DNA from: Burkholderiaceae bacterium
Lineage (GTDB): Bacteria > Pseudomonadota > Gammaproteobacteria > Burkholderiales > Burkholderiaceae_B
Assembly (NCBI GenBank): GCA_004322135.1
Contig: SCSG01000020.1
Location: forward strand, 192,498 to 256,497
Length of the DNA stretch: 64,000 nucleotides
Direction of reading: 5' to 3'
The position numbers were made by a program, and so were the translations under genes. The notes beneath the pieces were generated by a model. The model saw only the letters and a list, made by a program, of their open reading frames with translations, had not been told where the DNA came from and searched no databases. The number at the start of each line of letters is the position of its first letter. The first letter of the stretch is position 1. Positions 23,244 to 31,880 of this stretch are shown here, in pieces.

Positions 23244-24107
23244 ATGGACCTAACGCTGGATATTTTGTTTACAGGCTTTGCGTTTGCCGCGGTCCTGTAT
23301 CTGATTTCGGTCGGGCTCTCCATTACCATGGGGATGTTGGGCGTCATCAACCTGGCTCATGGGACGTTTGCGGTGGCGGGCGGCTATCTTGCGTGGCTGT
23401 TCATCCATCGCTTTGGGTTGTCGTTCTACAGCTCCGTGGCCGTGGCGGTCGTGCTGGTGGGCCTTGCCAGCGTCGTGCTGGAAAAGCTGCTTTTTGCGCG
23501 CGTGTACGAGGCCGGGGAACTTGCCCAGGTATTGCTCACCATCGGAATCGTATTCATATCCATCGCCGTGGCCCATTTTTTCTTTGGGTCCCAGCCACTG
23601 ACAATCTCTCCTCCAGACAGTCTTAAGGGCAATATCTATTTCCACGGGAATAGTTTTGCCATATACCGAATTGCGCTCATCGTTCTCGGGCTGCTGATCT
23701 ACGTGTTGCTCTGGCTGGGTATAGACAGAACGGAAGTCGGCGCCCGCATCCGGGCTGTGGTCGACAACCGCGCCATGGCTGAAAATTGCGGCATCAACAG
23801 CCGCCGGCTCTTCACAGTTGTATTTGCCTGCGGCGGTGGCGTTGCGGCCCTTGGTGGGGCAGTGGGATCCAGCATTTTGGGGCTGTCCCCATCGTACCCT
23901 CTTGAGTACCTTGTGTACTTCCTGATCGTCGTGTCGATCGGCGGCATGGGTACGGTCAGCGGCACGGCGCTGGCCGCTCTCCTGCTCGGTTTCGGCGACA
24001 CGCTGTGCAAGGTGCTGCTGCCGCAGTTCGGAGTTTTCTTTATCTATATCGCAACCATCGTGATCCTTTTCATCAGGCCACATGGGCTGTTCAACCGAAA
24101 AATGTGA
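23244..24107 (+). CDS. branched-chain-type ABC transporter permease (LivH family)
   Basis: 287 aa polytopic protein with LivH-like MLGVINLAHGTF near the N-terminus. Confidence 0.88.
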   Translation: MDLTLDILFTGFAFAAVLYLISVGLSITMGMLGVINLAHGTFAVAGGYLAWLFIHRFGLSFYSSVAVAVVLVGLASVVLEKLLFARVYEAGELAQVLLTIGIVFISIAVAHFFFGSQPLTISPPDSLKGNIYFHGNSFAIYRIALIVLGLLIYVLLWLGIDRTEVGARIRAVVDNRAMAENCGINSRRLFTVVFACGGGVAALGGAVGSSILGLSPSYPLEYLVYFLIVVSIGGMGTVSGTALAALLLGFGDTLCKVLLPQFGVFFIYIATIVILFIRPHGLFNRKM

Positions 24108-24122
24108 TATGGACCGTCCCTC

Positions 24123-25115
24123 ATGAATAACGATGCAATTCGACAACTGGTTGGCAGGCGCTCGCTGAAGGCTACGGAATTTGCGCCGTGGGTACTCCTT
24201 ATCGCGGCCTTCCTGTTGCTGCCGGACTATCTGCTGTTGGGCCGCCAGATCATCATCATGACGATTTTCGCGATATCTCTGGACATCATTCTGGGGTACG
24301 CAGGCATCATTACACTTGGCCATGCCGCGTTCTATGGAGTCGGCGCTTACACGGCGGGGCTCCTTGCCGTCCACGGCTGGCATGAACCCATTTCGGGCCT
24401 GCTCATCTCAGGAGGCGTTTCCGCGCTGGCCGCACTGATATTTGGATTGGCCATCTTCAAGACAAGCGAAGTGGCGACAGTCATGCTGACGATGGTGATC
24501 GCATTGCTGGGGCTGGAGCTGGCAAACCGGTTCCAAGGGATCACTGGCGGATTCGATGGCCTCGAAGGAATTACGATTGCTCCGCTATTCGGGACATTCG
24601 ACTTTGATTTCTTTGGAAAAACCGCGTTTCTTTATTGCCTTGGCGTTTTGTTCCTGGTGTGGGTCGTGGCGCGCTTCCTTGTGAATGCACCGTTTGGCCG
24701 CTCGCTAGTCGGCATACAGGAAAATCCCACCCGCATGGAGGCCCTGGGTGTCTCAGTCTACAAGCGGCGCGTGGTCGCGTTTGCAATCAGTGGTGCCGTG
24801 GCGGGGCTTGCGGGCGCACTTACGACTCAGACCAACCAGTTTGTGTCGCTGGATGTTTTTTCGTTTGCGCTGTCAGGCACGGTGCTGGTGATGCTGGTCT
24901 TTGGCGGAGTCGGTCGGCTGTATGGCGCCTTCATTGGCGTTCCCATCTATGTTATTGCGCAGAACATCTTCGCGACGATCGACCCAGTCTACTGGCTGTT
25001 CTGGATGGGTATTTTGCTTGTGATTGTCGTTCTTTTCTTTCCGAGAGGCATTATTGGCATCAGCGACCGTCTCCGATCCCGGCTTGGCAAATCCCGGGCA
25101 GGTCGAACCGAATAG
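24123..25115 (+). CDS. branched-chain-type ABC transporter permease (LivM family)
   Basis: 330 aa polytopic protein with LDIILGYAGIITLGHAAFYGVGAY. Confidence 0.88.
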   Translation: MNNDAIRQLVGRRSLKATEFAPWVLLIAAFLLLPDYLLLGRQIIIMTIFAISLDIILGYAGIITLGHAAFYGVGAYTAGLLAVHGWHEPISGLLISGGVSALAALIFGLAIFKTSEVATVMLTMVIALLGLELANRFQGITGGFDGLEGITIAPLFGTFDFDFFGKTAFLYCLGVLFLVWVVARFLVNAPFGRSLVGIQENPTRMEALGVSVYKRRVVAFAISGAVAGLAGALTTQTNQFVSLDVFSFALSGTVLVMLVFGGVGRLYGAFIGVPIYVIAQNIFATIDPVYWLFWMGILLVIVVLFFPRGIIGISDRLRSRLGKSRAGRTE

Positions 25116-25130
25116 CACAGGGTCAGCATA

Positions 25131-25901
25131 ATGGCGAATACACCGCAAAGCGAGACCGTTCTGGAGACCAGGGGCATCTGCCTTTCTTTTGGCGCCCTGG
25201 AGGCCGCGAAGCATTTGTCCTTCAAGTTGCCCCGAGGGGGAAGGCGGGCGCTGATCGGGCCGAACGGCGCGGGCAAAACCACGTTCATCAATCTGCTCAC
25301 GGGCAAGCTCATGCCTGACTCAGGCCGGATCCTGCTGAACGACAACGACATCTCCGCACTTCCGTTTCATGCACGGGTGAAGCTTGGCCTGGTAAGGACG
25401 TTTCAGATAAGCACCCTGTTGCGCAAGATGACCGTGCTGGAGAATGTCCAGCTTGCCGCGCTTGAGCAACACGGCAGGGGCGGGATATTGCTGGGCGGCC
25501 GCAGCGCGCAGGCCGAAGCCGCCGAAGAAGCGTTCGCCATGCTTGTCCAACTTAATCTGGATGCATACGCCAGCAAGCTTGTTGGCGAGCTTGCCTATGG
25601 CATACAGCGGCTGATCGAGATAGCGGTGGCGCTGACGAGCCGTCCCTCGGTACTGCTTCTGGATGAGCCAGCGGCGGGAGTGGCCCCCGCGGAGTCCCGC
25701 CTCATCGTTGATGTGATCGATCAGCTTTCGAGCGATATTTCGGTGTTGCTCATCGAGCACGATATGAACCTTGTCTTTCGGTTCGCGGATTGGATCACCG
25801 TGATGGCGGGTGGAGCGATACTATGCGAAGGTAGCCCGCGCGAGATTGCGGCCGACCCGCGGGTGAAGGAAGTTTATCTGGGAGCAAGGACCTATGACTG
25901 A
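25131..25901 (+). CDS. ABC transporter ATP-binding protein (LivG family)
   Basis: GPNGAGKTT Walker A, LLLDEPAAG and the LivG-type C-terminus EVYLG. Confidence 0.9.
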   Translation: MANTPQSETVLETRGICLSFGALEAAKHLSFKLPRGGRRALIGPNGAGKTTFINLLTGKLMPDSGRILLNDNDISALPFHARVKLGLVRTFQISTLLRKMTVLENVQLAALEQHGRGGILLGGRSAQAEAAEEAFAMLVQLNLDAYASKLVGELAYGIQRLIEIAVALTSRPSVLLLDEPAAGVAPAESRLIVDVIDQLSSDISVLLIEHDMNLVFRFADWITVMAGGAILCEGSPREIAADPRVKEVYLGARTYD

Positions 25902-26652
25902 TCCGCAAAGGAAGCAGGAGGCCATGCAAGCCGTTCTTACGATCAGCGATCTTGACGCGGGGTGGGGCGATACGCAGGTTCTATCTGGCGTTGGCCTGCA
26001 CATTGACGCGGCGGGCATGGTTGGTGTGCTCGGCCGCAACGGAGTCGGAAAAACCACCCTCATCGCCACTATAGCCGGCAGGTCACGAGTCTTGCGGGGC
26101 TGCGTGACCTATGACGGCAAGGACTTGCAGGGCGTGCCGTCCTACCAGCGTTTTCGCGGTGGCATCGGACTCGTACCGCAAGAACGCGAAATCTTCCCTT
26201 CGCTGACGGTTGGCGAAAACCTCAAGGTCGCTAAACAGGCCGGGCCGCAAGAAGCCGGACCGCAATGGGACGAAGAACGCATATTCGACCTGTTCCCCAG
26301 GCTGAAAGAGCGTATCAACAACAGGGGCAATCAGCTTTCGGGTGGCGAGCAGCAAATGCTGGCAATCGCCCGCGCGTTGATGGGCAATCCTAGGCTGTTG
26401 CTGCTGGACGAACCCACCGAGGGGCTTGCGCCGGTCATTGTCGACCAGCTTATCGCTGCGCTGCACGAGATCCGCACAAAGTCGCGCATCGCCATTCTTA
26501 TAGTGGAACAGCATCCGGGCCTGGTGATGGAGCTTACGAACAATATTGTCGTCCTCGATCGGGGGATGGTTGTCTTCAAGCACCTTGACCGGGCTGAACG
26601 TGCCGACCGCCAGGAGATCGAGCGGTTGATCGGCCTGCAGGAGGCCGTATGA
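25894..26652 (+). CDS. ABC transporter ATP-binding protein (LivF family)
   Basis: GRNGVGKTT, LSGGEQQMLAIARAL and LLLLDEPTEGLAP. 8-nt overlap with the preceding gene. Confidence 0.9.
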   Translation: MTDPQRKQEAMQAVLTISDLDAGWGDTQVLSGVGLHIDAAGMVGVLGRNGVGKTTLIATIAGRSRVLRGCVTYDGKDLQGVPSYQRFRGGIGLVPQEREIFPSLTVGENLKVAKQAGPQEAGPQWDEERIFDLFPRLKERINNRGNQLSGGEQQMLAIARALMGNPRLLLLDEPTEGLAPVIVDQLIAALHEIRTKSRIAILIVEQHPGLVMELTNNIVVLDRGMVVFKHLDRAERADRQEIERLIGLQEAV

Positions 26653-26814
26653 GGCCTCGAAATGTCATGAACATACCCTTCGAAGATCTGGCTCGCACAA
26701 GTGCAATGTGGCTTGCCCGGGCTCGTGCGCTTCCATCAGAAGAAGCGTTTCCTTACCTTTCGCCATTGCGCTGAAGGGTCGTATCCACCTTAAAATTCAT
26801 TCAAGAGACAAATC

Positions 26815-28008
26815 ATGGACAAACGAGAATTCTTAGTAAAATCCGGCCTCGCCGCTGTCGGCATTGCGGCCGCCCCCTTCGCTCGCGCGGCATCCACGAC
26901 TGTCAATGTCGGCATAAGCCTTGCCATGTCGGGTCACGTGGCGGCAATTGGCAACAATGTGTGGAAAGGGCTGTCACTGTACAGTGACCTTCACAAGGAT
27001 AGCCTGCCTGCCGGCGTGCACATCGATACCCTGTTGCGCGACGACAAGGGCAGCCCCGACGATATCAAGCGCATTGTCCAGGAACTCGTCATTCGCAACA
27101 AGGTGACGCTACTGGGCGGAGTCGCGCTGACTCCGCAGGCAATGGCCGTGGCGCCGGTCGTAACGCAAGCCAAGATCCCGCTCATGGTGATGAATGCCTC
27201 GACCTCCAGCGTCACGCGCAAATCGCCCTATATCGTCCGCGTCTCGCACACCAACTGGCAGACCAGCTACACCCTGGGTGTCTGGGCAGGCGGTCACGGA
27301 TACAAACGTGTCTATACGATGGTGGCCGATTACGCCGCCGGGCTGGATTCGAAAGAAGCGTTTGCAGCCGGTTTCAAGAAGGCGGGGGGCGAGATCGCTG
27401 GATCCGTGCAGACGCCCATTACGACCGCGGACTATCTGCCTTATATGGCCAAAGTCAAAGAGTCGGGCGCCGATGCGCTTTACATCTTCATCAATGCCGG
27501 GCACATCAATGCCGCAGTGTCCGCTTTTGCGGATTCCGGCTTGAAGAAGGCAGGGATGAAGCTCATCGGCCCGGGCGACGTCTCGCTGGATGACGAACTG
27601 GCGCACATGAGCACCAGCGCTGTCGGCATGATTACGGCGGGCGGCTACTACGCCGGGAACAAGATCGAAGCAAATCAAAAATTCCTCGCGGCGTGGAAGA
27701 AGAAATATGGGCAGGATGCCTGGCCAAACGAAGAAGTTGTGGCGGGGTGGGATGGCATGGCCGCATACCACGACCTGATTAAGGAAACCCGCGGCAAGTT
27801 TGACACCGCCAGCGCGATGAAATTTCTTTCGCATTGGAAGAATCCAGACAGTCCGCGCGGTCCGATTTCCATCGATCCGAAAACCCGGGATATCGTGCAG
27901 ACAATCTATATCAACCGCGTCGAGCTGGTGAACGGTGTCCCGTTCAACGTCAATTTCGACAAGGTTCCCGACGTGAAGGACCCGTGGAAAGAACTCAACC
28001 CCGCCTAA
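26815..28008 (+). CDS. periplasmic substrate-binding protein, type-I (LivK/Peripla_BP_6-like)
   Basis: 397 aa with signal peptide MDKREFLVKSGLAAVGIAAAPFARA and the alternating beta-alpha pattern of the Leu/Ile/Val-binding family. Confidence 0.85.
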   Translation: MDKREFLVKSGLAAVGIAAAPFARAASTTVNVGISLAMSGHVAAIGNNVWKGLSLYSDLHKDSLPAGVHIDTLLRDDKGSPDDIKRIVQELVIRNKVTLLGGVALTPQAMAVAPVVTQAKIPLMVMNASTSSVTRKSPYIVRVSHTNWQTSYTLGVWAGGHGYKRVYTMVADYAAGLDSKEAFAAGFKKAGGEIAGSVQTPITTADYLPYMAKVKESGADALYIFINAGHINAAVSAFADSGLKKAGMKLIGPGDVSLDDELAHMSTSAVGMITAGGYYAGNKIEANQKFLAAWKKKYGQDAWPNEEVVAGWDGMAAYHDLIKETRGKFDTASAMKFLSHWKNPDSPRGPISIDPKTRDIVQTIYINRVELVNGVPFNVNFDKVPDVKDPWKELNPA

Positions 28009-28014
28009 CAGGCG

Positions 28015-28034
28015 CCGGCGCGCGTGCGCGCCGG
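28015..28034 (+). other. perfect GC hairpin without U-tract between the SBP and UbiD genes
   Basis: CCGGCGCGCGTGCGCGCCGG forms a self-complementary 8-9 bp stem. It begins 7 nt after the SBP stop. Confidence 0.4.
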
Positions 28035-28066
28035 TAAATCAGCCCTCGACTTCCAACGGCTAAGCT

Positions 28067-29491
28067 ATGAACAATTCACAGATCGACACAAGTTTTCGCA
28101 CCGCTCTTGCGCGCCTCGCAAGGAACAATAGAATCGTCGCCTATGAAGATACGGTCGATCCACACCTCGAGCTATCTGCGCTGATGAAGGCCATGGATGG
28201 GCGCGAGGCAGTGTTTTTTCCAAAAGTTGCCGGCTTCGATATTCCTGTACTGGGTAACTTGCTGTGCTGCCGCGAGAATTATGAGGCTGCCTTCGGCACG
28301 GACATTTTCAGTTTGCGCAAGCTGATTTCCCGGGCGTTTCGCGGTTCCCTTGAGCCGGCGCTTGTCACACAGGCGCCTTGGCAGAAAAACGTTGTCACAG
28401 AAAACATCGACGTCGGCGCGCGCCTTCCCGCGTTGTTCCACCTGCCGAATGACAACGGCCGGTACATTACGGCGGGGATTGTCATTGTGCGTGATCCCGA
28501 AACCGGCGTGTATAACGCGTCGTATCATCGCCTGAGGCTCGTCAACGCAAACACGCTGGCAATAAAAATGGACTATGGCAGGCATTTGCGTACCGCGTTC
28601 GAGCATGCCAAACAGGAGGGCAAGCCCCTGCCGATTGCGATTTGCCTTGGCACGGACCTGTCCCTTTATCTCACGGCCGCGACCATGGGTTCCAAGATGC
28701 CTCTTGCCAGCGATGAACTTGCCGCGGCGGGAAGCCTTAAAGGCAGCCCTTTGGCGGTTGTAAAGGCCATGACTCAGGATCTTGTCGTCCCCGTGGACAC
28801 GGAGATCGTTCTGGAAGGTACTATTTCTACTACCGAGACGACCGACGAGGCGCCTTTTGGGGAGTTCATCGGCTCCTATGCGCCGCCGGCCCCGGCACCT
28901 ACCGTTCACCTCACATGCCTGAGCCACCGCGATCAGCCCATTTACCACGCCATCAACGGCTTTGGGCGCGAAACAATCGGCCTGCGCAAATATGTGCTGG
29001 AAACGACGTTGCTTGAGGTCCTTCAGGCCGCTGTGCCCATCGTGACCGACGTGGACATGAGCTCGGGGGGCTTGCACCGGTTTCATGCGGTCGTACAGGT
29101 GAAGAAGGCGAAATCGCAAGACGATGGCCTGCAACGCAACGCCATCCTGGCTGCGTTCGGAGCGCTCAAGGATCTTGATCTGGTGACAGTCGTCGACGAC
29201 GATATCGACATCCGCGATCCAGCGGATGTTGAATATGCGCTCGCAACCAGAATGAATGCCGCCGACGACCTGATCGTCGTGGAAGGGGCACGCAGCCACG
29301 AATACATTCGTGTCAGCAATGGCGGCATCCGCGGCAAACTGGGCATTGACGCGACGGTTCCCTTTGCAACGCAGGCCACATTCAGAAGGGCGGAATTTCG
29401 CGACGTGCAGGCGCTTACGTCCAAGTTCACCGCGAGTCCGGAATCTGTCGCGCAGGCGCTTTCACAGTCCTGTGCGGTAAAACTCGGCTAG
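28067..29491 (+). CDS. UbiD-family (prFMN-dependent) aromatic acid decarboxylase
   Basis: 474 aa with UbiD hallmarks (YITAGIVIVRDPETGVYNASYHRL; DELAAAG; EAPFGEFIGSY). Confidence 0.85.
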   Translation: MNNSQIDTSFRTALARLARNNRIVAYEDTVDPHLELSALMKAMDGREAVFFPKVAGFDIPVLGNLLCCRENYEAAFGTDIFSLRKLISRAFRGSLEPALVTQAPWQKNVVTENIDVGARLPALFHLPNDNGRYITAGIVIVRDPETGVYNASYHRLRLVNANTLAIKMDYGRHLRTAFEHAKQEGKPLPIAICLGTDLSLYLTAATMGSKMPLASDELAAAGSLKGSPLAVVKAMTQDLVVPVDTEIVLEGTISTTETTDEAPFGEFIGSYAPPAPAPTVHLTCLSHRDQPIYHAINGFGRETIGLRKYVLETTLLEVLQAAVPIVTDVDMSSGGLHRFHAVVQVKKAKSQDDGLQRNAILAAFGALKDLDLVTVVDDDIDIRDPADVEYALATRMNAADDLIVVEGARSHEYIRVSNGGIRGKLGIDATVPFATQATFRRAEFRDVQALTSKFTASPESVAQALSQSCAVKLG

Positions 29492-29549
29492 AGCGTCACT
29501 TGGCAGCCGCCGCGCCATAGGGCTTGAATGCTTTCTGGTGCGGCGGGTG

Positions 29550-30776
29550 TCACGAACGATAGTCGGCGTTGATGCTGATGTATTCGTGGGAAAAGTCGCA
29601 GGTGTAGACCGTTTCGGCCACTTCGCCGCGCCCCAGTGCGATGCGCGCCACAATTTCGGGTTCCTTCATGACGCGCTGGCCCTCTGCCTCTTCGTAGCCC
29701 GGATGGCGCTGGCCGTTGCTGGCAACCAGAACGTCGCCCAGCCACAGGTTGACTGACGATACATCCAGGTCGGTGATGCCGGCATAGCCGATCGCCGCAA
29801 GGATGCGTCCCAGATTGGGGTCGCTGGCGTAGAAGGCTGTTTTTACGAGGGGTGATTGCGCCACCGCGTAGGCGACTTTAAGGGCCTCGTCGGTATCTTT
29901 GGCCTGTTCGACCCGGATGGTTATGAATTTGGAAGAACCTTCGGCATCGCGCACTATTTTCTGGGCAAGTTCGCAGGCAGCGTCGGTCAGGGCGTTGAAC
30001 AGTTCGGCAAAGCCCGGATCACTGCTGTCATTGACGTGCAGGCCGCTCTGGCCGGTTGTCATGATGATGAACGAGTCATTGGTGGACGTGTCGCCGTCAA
30101 CGGTAATGCGGTTGAATGAGCGGTTGGCGATGGCGACCGCCATTTCCCTGAGCAAGGGGGCGGATATGCCTGCGTCCGTGGCCAGGTAGCCCAGCATGGT
30201 GGCCATATTGGGCCGTATCATTCCCGCGCCCTTGCTGATTCCGGTAATGGAAACCGTTTTGCCGCCGATCGTCACGCGGCGGGACACAATTTTGGGCAGC
30301 GTGTCGGTGGTCATGATGCTGTGAGCAGCGTCGAACCAGTTGTTTGGCCCCAGGTTTGCGATGGCTTGCGGCAGGGCGGCCACCAGGCGATCGACGGGCA
30401 GCGGTTCAAGGATGACGCCGGTGGAAAACGGCAGCACTTGCTGGGAATTGACGCTCAGCAGGGACGCAACCGCCTTGCACGTGTCCAGCGAAGCCTGCAG
30501 GCCGCTGTCGCCTGTGCCCGCGTTGGCGTTGCCCGTATTGATGACCAGCGCGCGAATTTGCGGCTCGGCCATGAGGTGGCTTTCGCACACCTGGACCGGT
30601 GCGGCGCGAAAGCGGTTCTGTGTGAATACGCCGGCGACGCTGGTTCCTGGCGCCAGCCGGAATACGGTCACGTCTTTGCGGTTGGCCTTGCGTATGCCCG
30701 CTTCGGCAACGCCTATCTCGACGCCCGAAATGGTGTGAATTTCGGATTTTGAAGGAACATGCAAATTGACGGCCAT
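29550..30776 (-). CDS. argJ: bifunctional ornithine acetyltransferase / N-acetylglutamate synthase
   Basis: Autoprocessing site [14 protein letters not shown]. Start trimmed to MAVNLHV (30776), giving 408 aa. Confidence 0.93.
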   Translation of the reverse strand: MAVNLHVPSKSEIHTISGVEIGVAEAGIRKANRKDVTVFRLAPGTSVAGVFTQNRFRAAPVQVCESHLMAEPQIRALVINTGNANAGTGDSGLQASLDTCKAVASLLSVNSQQVLPFSTGVILEPLPVDRLVAALPQAIANLGPNNWFDAAHSIMTTDTLPKIVSRRVTIGGKTVSITGISKGAGMIRPNMATMLGYLATDAGISAPLLREMAVAIANRSFNRITVDGDTSTNDSFIIMTTGQSGLHVNDSSDPGFAELFNALTDAACELAQKIVRDAEGSSKFITIRVEQAKDTDEALKVAYAVAQSPLVKTAFYASDPNLGRILAAIGYAGITDLDVSSVNLWLGDVLVASNGQRHPGYEEAEGQRVMKEPEIVARIALGRGEVAETVYTCDFSHEYISINADYRS

Positions 30777-30999
30777 GAGAACACCTGCGAAAGACGAAGC
30801 GGCCATTTTACTCGAAGCGGGCGTGTGTTCCGAGCCGTCAGGTGGCGTCGCGGGCCGCCGACGAAATGACTTGTCGGGCATTGCTGCCACGTACTTTCGG
30901 GCGGGTCGGGCGCGACGACGAGGGTCAGGATGGTCGCGGCCGCCTTATCGTTGGCGCGTCGCCACCCCGGCCAGGCGCACGCGACGGGCCGCGCGGATT

Positions 31000-31506
31000 T
31001 CAGGAATGCGTGGTCAGCTGGGTGTGGGTAATAAGTTTTAGCTCACCGAGCGCTTCAAACAAGTTTCTCTTGCTTTTCTCGGGCATTCCGGCCATGGCGT
31101 GTCGTATCCATTGTTCGTGTGAACTGGCCATTTTTGCGAAGGTGCGCTTACCCTTGCTGGTGAGCTTGATGATGGAGCTGCGCCGGTCGGTTGCGACCTT
31201 GGTGCGTTGCACCAAGCCTTCCTTTTCAAGTTGGTCGGTAATGCCGGTGATGTTGCCGTTGGTAACCATCATGTGTCTGGACAGCTCGCTCATTTTCATG
31301 CCCTCGGGCACGCGCTGCAGCTGCGCCATGAGGTCAAAGCGCGGCAGGGTGGTTTCGTATTCAGTGCGAAGGCGGCTGCGTATGTCGCTTTCGAGCAGAT
31401 TGCAACAGGTCAGCAGACGTAACCATAGCCGAAGGTCGCCGTGGTCTTCGGGCCGGATCCGCGATTCCAGATCGGGCGTGACCGCGTTAAAGTTCAAGTC
31501 ATTCAT
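31000..31506 (-). CDS. MarR family transcriptional regulator
   Basis: Winged-HTH (LPRFDLMAQLQRVPEGMKMSELSRHMMVTNGNITGITDQLEKEGLVQRTKVATDRRSSIIKLT). The start is uncertain: the ATG at 31506 is preferred over the GTG at 31557. Divergent from the aryl-CoA cluster. Confidence 0.8.
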   Translation of the reverse strand: MNDLNFNAVTPDLESRIRPEDHGDLRLWLRLLTCCNLLESDIRSRLRTEYETTLPRFDLMAQLQRVPEGMKMSELSRHMMVTNGNITGITDQLEKEGLVQRTKVATDRRSSIIKLTSKGKRTFAKMASSHEQWIRHAMAGMPEKSKRNLFEALGELKLITHTQLTTHS

Positions 31507-31627
31507 GGCTTCATTTTGCGTATGGGGCAACCGGTAATTGGCAATAGCGTCGTGCACAGGGCGTTATGAGCAGGCCTGCCCGGAACGGACTGTGCGCGTT
31601 GCGAGGGTGTTGCAAGAAATCTCCCTA

Positions 31628-31657
31628 AATCTAAACAGCCTAAACTATTGCTGTCAA
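31628..31657 (-). promoter_or_regulatory. candidate sigma70 promoter of the second MarR gene
   Basis: Minus strand reads TTGACA-(18 nt)-TAGATT, about 70 nt upstream of the GTG at 31557. Confidence 0.35.
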
Positions 31658-31716
31658 GAACGTTTAACCTTCAATATATAAAAATATGAAAATGTGGCAT
31701 TGCCCCGAAAAACATC

Positions 31717-31762
31717 TTGCCAGCGGTGTTTTTTGAATATATAGTTTAAGCTTAAAGTATAT
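31717..31762 (+). promoter_or_regulatory. candidate promoter of the aryl-CoA operon overlapped by a 24-bp palindromic operator
   Basis: TTGCCA (31717-31722)-17 nt-TATAGT (31740-31745). The palindrome ATATAGTTTAAGCTTAAAGTATAT spans 31739-31762 and has a perfect 12-bp core TTTAAGCTTAAA with one mismatched pair in the arms. Confidence 0.45.
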
Positions 31763-31880
31763 GGATGTGCCCGCTCTTGCATGGATTATGCCGGCTTCAC
31801 TTCACGTGGCCCGGTTGCAGGCAAGGCAGCTCGGGCGCAAGTGAAGGCCCCCTTCGTTGGAAAGCACCCGGAGAAGACGC

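Noticed and set aside
26667-26774. A 35-codon ORF (MNIPFEDLARTSAMWLARARALPSEEAFPYLSPLR) in the livF-SBP spacer.
   Set aside because: It has no SD and no recognisable motif, and it is short enough to arise by chance. The spacer more likely holds an internal promoter for the SBP gene.
21105-29491. The HpaB/Liv/UbiD cluster as a mobile genomic island.
   Set aside because: No integrase, transposase, tRNA/tmRNA attachment site or flanking direct repeats are visible. I only saw a mild compositional shift by eye, so I treat it as an accessory operon rather than a mobile element.
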